From NCBI GenBank assembly GCA_964542965.1, contig CAZIVH010000002.1, positions 487 to 64,486 on the forward strand: a stretch of 64,000 nucleotides of DNA, read 5' to 3'. Position 1 is the first letter of the stretch, and each line of letters opens with the position of its first letter. Both the position numbers and the translations under genes were made by a program. The DNA comes from an uncultured Candidatus Peribacteria bacterium (GTDB taxonomy: Bacteria > Patescibacteriota > Gracilibacteria > Absconditabacterales > Absconditicoccaceae). Positions 61,512 to 64,000 of this stretch are shown here, piece after piece. The notes under the pieces were generated by a model. That model worked only from the letters and a program-made list of their open reading frames with translations, made no database searches and was not told where the DNA came from.

Positions 61512-61590
61512 AAGCCCCGCAACAACATGGGTGAGTAGCTCAATTGGTTAGAGCAGTCCCGCTAAAGCGGGAAAGGTTCGGGGCTTTTAT
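61512..61590 (+). pseudogene. Partial tRNA-Lys duplicate (acceptor 5' strand, D-arm, altered anticodon arm, 5' T-stem), enclosed by AAGCCCCG/CGGGGCTT and followed by TTTTAT
   Basis: 61523-61556 is identical over 34 nt to 61841-61874. AAGGTTCGGGG is also shared (61573-61583 vs 61890-61900). The anticodon arm is replaced by TCCCGC-taaa-GCGGGA. No T-loop or 3' acceptor strand. Confidence 0.6.
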
Positions 61591-61605
61591 ACATAAATAA
61601 TCCAT

Positions 61606-61869
61606 ATGTATTATGTATATATCCTGAAATGAGATAAGTACTATGTGTGAATTACGAACAATATACAAAGAAGGTTCGATGAACATAAAAGAGGTAATAG
61701 TTATTTTACAAAAAGGATAGGAAAAAATATTATATTATTATGATGGTTTCAATATTCTACGAAAAAAGAAGCTTTGGAGTTAGAAAGTAAAATTAAAAAA
61801 TCTGGTCATATCGAAAGATGGACCAAAGAAAAAACATTTACAACATGGGTGAGTAGCTCAATTGGTTAG
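61606..61869 (+). CDS. GIY-YIG nuclease superfamily protein (UPF0213/YhbQ-like, 87 aa)
   Basis: MYYVYILK-G-DKYYV-G-ITNNIQRRFDEHKRGNSYFTKRIGKNIILL-G-WFQYSTKKEALELESKIKKSGHIERWTKEK...; GIY...YVG/YIG and R..EH motifs. The last 23 nt overlap the 5' end of tRNA-Lys. Confidence 0.7.
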
Positions 61870-61920
61870 AGCAGGTCCCTCTTAAGGACAAGGTTCGGGG
61901 TTCGATTCCCCGCTCGCCTA
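61847..61920 (+). tRNA. tRNA-Lys (anticodon CUU), no encoded CCA
   Basis: Hand-folded cloverleaf: acceptor GGGTGAG/CTCGCCT (two G.U pairs), D-arm GCTC-AATTGGTTA-GAGC, anticodon arm GGTCC-CTCTTAA-GGACA, variable loop AGGTT, T-arm CGGGG-TTCGATT-CCCCG, discriminator A. Confidence 0.8.
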
Positions 61921-62031
61921 AAGGAAATTAAGATCTGATGGAAGTCGGATTTTTTTTGTTTGAAAACTTTCTCGCTTTGATTATAGTAACCTCATAAATT
62001 TACAATTCACAATTCATAATTTTTTAATTGT

Positions 62032-63858
62032 ATGCATATTATGTTACAATTCGATTCTCTCAAAACATTGGACGCATCCATCACACTCCTGCAAAAAAGA
62101 ATCAAAGATCCGCATACGCTTTTCCTCGTTGGAGGATGCGTCAGAGATCTCCTTTTGGGAATCGAAAAAAAGCCTACTGACATCGACTTCACCATGGCCG
62201 GTGATCCAAAAAAGTTAGATAAACTCATCGACAAAAAAGGCATGTCCTACTTCATGACCGAAAAATTCGGCACGATGACACTCATCAAAAAAATTGAAAA
62301 ATTGAAAAATTGAAAGATGGAAACATTGAATCCTGAAGCAATTAAGTATGAATTGACGCCACTGAGGACAGAAGGTAAATATGATGATTTCAGACACCCG
62401 GGAGAGATTGAACGAAGCAATGATCTCTTACTAGATTCCCATAGAAGAGACTTCACGATCAACTGCATCTATTATGCGAATACGAAACGGACACAAGAGC
62501 ATGAAAAACATATCGCTAAAAAATACATCCACCATTATTCTGACGACGACACGTTCGTCCAGAGATTGAACGACCAGGGATATATTCTCATCAAGGATTT
62601 GAATCTCTTGATACTCCAAGACCATAAACATATCTCCAAACTCTTCAAAGGGTGATGTTTCCATGACGATCATCTCGTAGAGATGTTGAAGTCCGTAACG
62701 ATTTTTTCTACAAAAAAGAATTGAAAATTAAAAATTGAAAATTGAAAATTACTACGTATCGTAGTTGATCCGCACAAAGGGATACAAGATAGTATCTACA
62801 AAAGATTGAGAGCAGTCGGCGATCCGGACAAAAGATTCAATGAAGATGCGTTGAGAATTGTGAGAGCGATTAGGTTTGTGAATGTACTTAATGAAAAATT
62901 GAAAAATTGAAAGATGGGAAAATTGAAAGATGGGAAAAATAGTGATAAAGTAACGTTGTTTGATTTTGAGAAAGCGACATGGAATAGCGTCAAAAAGAAT
63001 CATGAACTCGTAAAAAACGTAGCGAAAGAGAGAATCAAGGAAGAGATCATGAAAGCGTTTACGGTAGGCAATCCGTTCGGTTTCATCGCCTTGCTTGACG
63101 AAGCAAAACTGCTCGAACATTTATTCCCTGCCTTATACGCGACCAAAAATATCGAGCAACCCATCAGATATCATCCGTTTGATGTGTATGTTCACACGCT
63201 CCTCTGCTTGTTTGAATTGCAGAAAATAAATAAAGATCCTCTTGTGAGATTAGCGATGCTCTATCACGATGTCGGCAAGGTGGATCAATTCGGCGCGTAC
63301 GCTGACGGACTGAGCAAAGAAGAGATCAGAGAGATTCTCGCTGGGCCGCTGAATCACAGAAGAAGCTCACCGGAATACGCGAAGAAAGATTTCAAATCGC
63401 TCGGATTCTCCAGCAAAGAGATTACGGAAATAGCTCGATATATCGCCCATCACCACACGCCGGAAGAAATGATTTTCGCCAAAGAGGAAAATAGAGAGAA
63501 AAAAGTGAGATCTTTCCTTAGCGAAGCGGGCTACGAAAGAGCTATGAATGTCTTGGATATTGCGATGGCTGATAGATTGGGACAATATAACCCACTACAG
63601 AATAGTTCTGACATTTCCGATGTAGATGAAATCAGGAAAATCCTAAAAAAACTTCAGAAGCAAGAAGGACAATTCACGATGAAAAACCTCGCTATCGACG
63701 GAGCATATATCATGAAAGAATTAAAACTCCCTGCATGACCGACTATCGGAAAATTACTAAAAAAGACCCTTGAGTGGGTCATGACGGATATCAAAGCAAG
63801 GAATGAGAAGAAGCAGATATTAGGATTTTTGAAGATACAAATGAGACACCTGAAATAA
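62032..63858 (+). CDS. cca: CCA-adding tRNA nucleotidyltransferase with HD domain (608 aa) carrying three in-frame heptad-repeat insertions
   Basis: ...LFLVGGCVRDLLLG...PTDIDF..., ...RRDFTINCIYY..., ...LRAVGDPDKRFNEDALRIVRAIRF..., ...YHPFDVYVHTL...LYHDVGK... Track ORFs 62032-62313, 62317-62655 and 62914-63738 share frame 1. Gaps read by hand: TGA only. TAA 63856. Confidence 0.8.
62287..62330 (+). repeat. ATTGAAA-flavour repeat inside cca, site 1 (encodes KIEKLKN-G-KMETL)
   Basis: aaaaaaattgaaaaattgaaaaattgaaagatggaaacattgaa; shares ATTGAAAGATG with the spacers at 21071-21083 and 33080-33090. Confidence 0.55.
62712..62752 (+). repeat. ATTGAAA-flavour repeat inside cca, site 2 (encodes KKN-G-KLKIEN-G-KL)
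   Basis: aaaaaagaattgaaaattaaaaattgaaaattgaaaattac. Confidence 0.5.
62890..62940 (+). repeat. ATTGAAA-flavour repeat inside cca, site 3 (encodes NEKLKN-G-KMGKLKDGKN)
   Basis: aatgaaaaattgaaaaattgaaagatgggaaaattgaaagatgggaaaaat. Confidence 0.55.
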
Positions 63859-63947
63859 CTCCAAGACGTGCCCTCTTTATTTCCAAAGAGGGAGGTATCC
63901 TTTAGGATGGGAGATTTTATTTAGTCGCAAAATCCTCCACCCTTCAG

Positions 63948-63983
63948 GTTCCCCTCCTTTCAGTAAAGGAGGAACATTTTTTT
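63948..63983 (+). terminator. Rho-independent terminator downstream of cca
   Basis: GTTCCCCTCCTTTcagtAAAGGAGGAAC followed by ATTTTTTT. Confidence 0.6.
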
Positions 63984-64000
63984 ACGACAATTTCCGCACT

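Noticed and set aside
61523-61590. The upstream tRNA-like sequence as a second functional tRNA, possibly the UGA decoder.
   Set aside because: It lacks a T-loop and a 3' acceptor strand. Its anticodon region folds as a 6-bp stem with a 4-nt loop (taaa), not a 7-nt anticodon loop. No UCA anticodon can be placed.

Overview
AT-rich 64-kb chromosomal window from a Candidate Phyla Radiation (Patescibacteria) bacterium that decodes UGA as glycine (translation table 25, the Gracilibacteria/Absconditabacteria type). The supplied ORF track uses the standard code, so it is fragmented. rpoB, rpoC, mutL, pnp, obg, RuBisCO and others are each cut into same-frame pieces at TGA codons that sit on invariant Gly residues. 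I re-joined the frames by hand and checked the gaps for TAA/TAG, which gives about 60 genes. All CDS coordinates include the stop codon.

Main content:
- One long minus-strand block: rplJ-rplL-rpsB-tsf-(S6/S18 fusion)-rpmH-rpoB-rpoC-rpmA-rpmF-nusB.
- Housekeeping genes: nusA, mutL, nrdR, murD, pnp, obg, rlmH, cca and one tRNA-Lys(CUU).
- The CPR AMP-salvage set: AMP phosphorylase, ribose-1,5-bisphosphate isomerase, form II/III RuBisCO and a short pyruvate kinase.
- Two giant surface proteins (916 and 1569 aa) that share a C-terminal module.
- A 1446-aa protein carrying about 69 in-frame UGA codons. It ends in a zeta-toxin/AAA_33-like P-loop kinase, is preceded by a 94-aa helical protein and is followed by a SpoT-type HD hydrolase.

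Most unusual non-coding signal: nearly every intergenic spacer is built from locus-specific 7-8 nt tandem 'heptad' arms, often in inverted pairs. Eight spacers also carry a conserved core of about 45 nt with a covarying hairpin. The same heptad sequence occurs three times in frame inside cca.

Other oddities are a GIY-YIG gene lying between a partial duplicate of tRNA-Lys and the intact gene, and a Lys-rich N-terminal extension on RpoB. No rRNA, CRISPR array or cas gene was seen. All homology calls come from motif recognition by eye; no database search was possible.
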